A stretch of DNA of 64,000 nt, taken from positions 28,396,001 through 28,460,000 of the forward strand of contig NC_088859.1 in the NCBI RefSeq assembly GCF_963853765.1, given 5' to 3'. Below, in pieces: positions 61,829 through 64,000 of the stretch; the first letter of the stretch is position 1; the number at the start of each line of letters is the position of its first letter. Made by a program: the position numbers and the translations under genes. The stretch comes from Magallana gigas. Lineage: Eukaryota. The notes under the pieces are model-generated. The model was not told where the DNA came from. It searched no databases and saw only the letters and a program-made list of their open reading frames with translations.

Positions 61829-63868
61829 ATGGAGGAGTTCAGATACACTTACGCTAGGCTCTGTAAAGACAACCATGTTGAACCTCAAGAATGTGTCCTC
61901 AGCTACCTCAAGAGGTATTTTACTTTTCCCTCAAGCAAGAAAAAACATAGTAGGATTCATTCATCTGCCTTGAATTGACAGTAATTTAAATACACTTAGT
62001 ACAGTGTTTCCATCGTTGTTAAACGCTGTTGTGGTCATCATAGCTAGCCAATGAGCTACGACTTTTTCTAAAAATTATGTTTATTATTACAAAAGATATA
62101 TATTTCACAGAGCAGTTTCATTTTTATATAGTAAATAGCTTTACCGAGAAACAGTTTAGACTGTCAAATTAATAATACACAGAACATTTTTTATTTCTGG
62201 ATTTGAAATTGAGAATTTATTTTCAGTTTTGAATCTACGCTAAAACGGGGCAAAACTGTGTTAAATCTCTCCACCAATAGTCTTTCCCCAAAGACTTGCC
62301 ATGTTCTGGGCAAGGTTATTGCAACTGACCGAACCTTCGTTGAAATCAAATTTGCTGACTGCATGTTAAGTGAAGATGGTAGGTTTATATTTTTGTTGAA
62401 ATTTGCCTCTATCATGAAAAACCACTCATTTATATCTATTCTGTGATATTTTATGACAGGGTTTAATTATTTTTTTTTTTTAACGTTTAGATTAAATAAA
62501 ATCAACTGTGGTATTAATTCATTACTCTTTCTTTTGCAGCAGTGAAAGGTCTTTGCCACGGCCTTGTCACAAATTCTTATTGTAAATTTCTTGATTTGAA
62601 GGTTAGTATCAATTTTCCAGAATGTTATTTCAGTTTCATTAAATATAATATCATTAAAGCTGAACTGAGAATTTCCTTCTTTGGAATTATTAACAACAGT
62701 TACTTAAGATAAGGATATTTTTTTTAGTTGTTAAGGTACAAAAAAATCAAGAAAATTGATTACCTAGTATCTGTTTAGTTATTGTTTTGTTCAGATTATC
62801 TGTTCTCTTCATACAGGGCAATAACATTCGAGGAAGTGGAGTGGAAGCTGTGGGGAAAATGCTCAGACATAATCACACTATAGCAAGGTAAGTATCTCTT
62901 GATAGCAAGGCAAGTACCTGTGTATTGTTTTAGCTATCCAAGTATCTTATGATAGCGATGCAAGTAAGTAAATTAGGCAAGTTACTGGTGATAAAGGCAG
63001 GTAATCAATGTAACTAATTAATTAATGCAAATAAGTAACTATTGATAATAAGACCAGTGACTAGAGAAACAAAGCAAATAAATAGTGATGTGATAGACTT
63101 ATGAATTAAAAGTTAATATTCATTGGAAAAACCAACAAAGTGGATATTTTTATGCTAAGTTATATTTGATATGTAAATCGCTTGAATGTAGAAACTTTTT
63201 CTTGTTTTAGGTTGTTAAGCATTCCATGATAGGCTTTTTATGCTTAAGTTAAAAAGAAAGACTACCATAATCGCTACAGTAGGGCATTCATCTTATGCAT
63301 ATTTTTTTTCTCAGTTTATGCTTGGAGTGGAATGCCTTTGGAATGTTAGATAACTCTTTTGCCATGTTTTGTGATGGTGTGGGATCTAATAATGCGTTAC
63401 AAGCTCTGGATCTCAGAAATAACCAGATCAGCCATGATGGGGCTGTTGAACTAGCCGCAGCATTAAAGAGAAACCACACACTAAGAGCTTTGGGTAGGAG
63501 CACATTTAAAACATGAACTGGAATATATAAACTTACCGAAATATTGGTAGATCTTTCAAAAACATATATTATATGAAACATGTCATTCATAAATTTTATC
63601 TTTAATATAATGTATTATTTAAAACAGTTTGATATATATATTTTTGAATGCAGCCTTAACGTAGATGACAATTTTATTTCTTATGATAAAAAAAGGTCAC
63701 ATGATCATGTGATGAAAACACTAGTTATTTTTGTTTTAGATTTGCGCTGGAACAGTGTCGGATTGTTAGGAGGACGAGCTATTCTGGAAATGTTGAAAAC
63801 AAACAAAACGATTTGTAGATTGGAATTGGCTGGAAATAACATTCCAGGAGACATCTTAAAGTCCATTG
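61829..63868 (+). CDS. LRRC45: Leucine-rich repeat-containing protein 45 (centriolar), 5' part; gene continues beyond the window
   Basis: Exons 61829-61914, 62227-62378, 62540-62601, 62817-62887, 63315-63493, 63740-63868, all in phase. Protein: [24 protein letters not shown]...DCMLSED...FLDLKGNNIR...LEWN..G....FAMFCDG...[16 protein letters not shown]...[16 protein letters not shown]...[14 protein letters not shown], closely matching the human LRRC45 N-terminus as recalled. Confidence 0.95.
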
Positions 63869-64000
63869 GTAAGAATTGTTTATAAAAGCAGTTTGAATAT
63901 TTCTTACAAAATGTTCTATCTATTTATGTACATAATACAAATATTGTCATTTTTGGAAACCTACATTCAGTGATGCTTCTCTTACCTTAAGAGAAGCGAG

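Noticed and set aside
63971-64000. Start of LRRC45 exon 7
   Set aside because: The acceptor-like ATTCAG gives an in-frame stop after six codons in the required phase, and too little sequence remains to judge.

Overview
AT-rich, intron-rich eukaryotic DNA, very likely from a Crassostrea/Magallana oyster: it carries the 166-bp Cg170-type satellite and typical oyster MITEs. Seven spliced protein-coding genes could be rebuilt exon by exon from GT-AG sites with consistent phases. They are LUC7L3 (-, runs off the left edge), eRF3/GSPT1 (+, 14 exons, 555 aa), an ACSM-type medium-chain acyl-CoA synthetase (-, 16 exons, 586 aa), a VLDLR/lipophorin-receptor-like gene (+, 16 exons, 929 aa), an RRM/KH-like plus single macrodomain protein with no PARP domain (+, 4 exons, 788 aa), LRRC20 (-, 4 exons, 171 aa) and LRRC45 (+, runs off the right edge). 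Three pairs are head-to-head. Introns and intergenic DNA hold a decayed IS3EU-like transposon, several MITEs, a Helitron/HINE-type element with 11 x 166-bp repeats, a 1.5-kb degenerate 26-bp minisatellite, and at least seven elements from five families headed by a 130-180 bp hairpin. No prokaryotic-type system (CRISPR, operon, phage) is present. The best leads are a candidate stop-containing cassette exon in eRF3, the hairpin-headed elements with GNA/GNNA loops, and the degenerate macrodomain gene. All of these are hypotheses made by eye; no database search or expression data was available.
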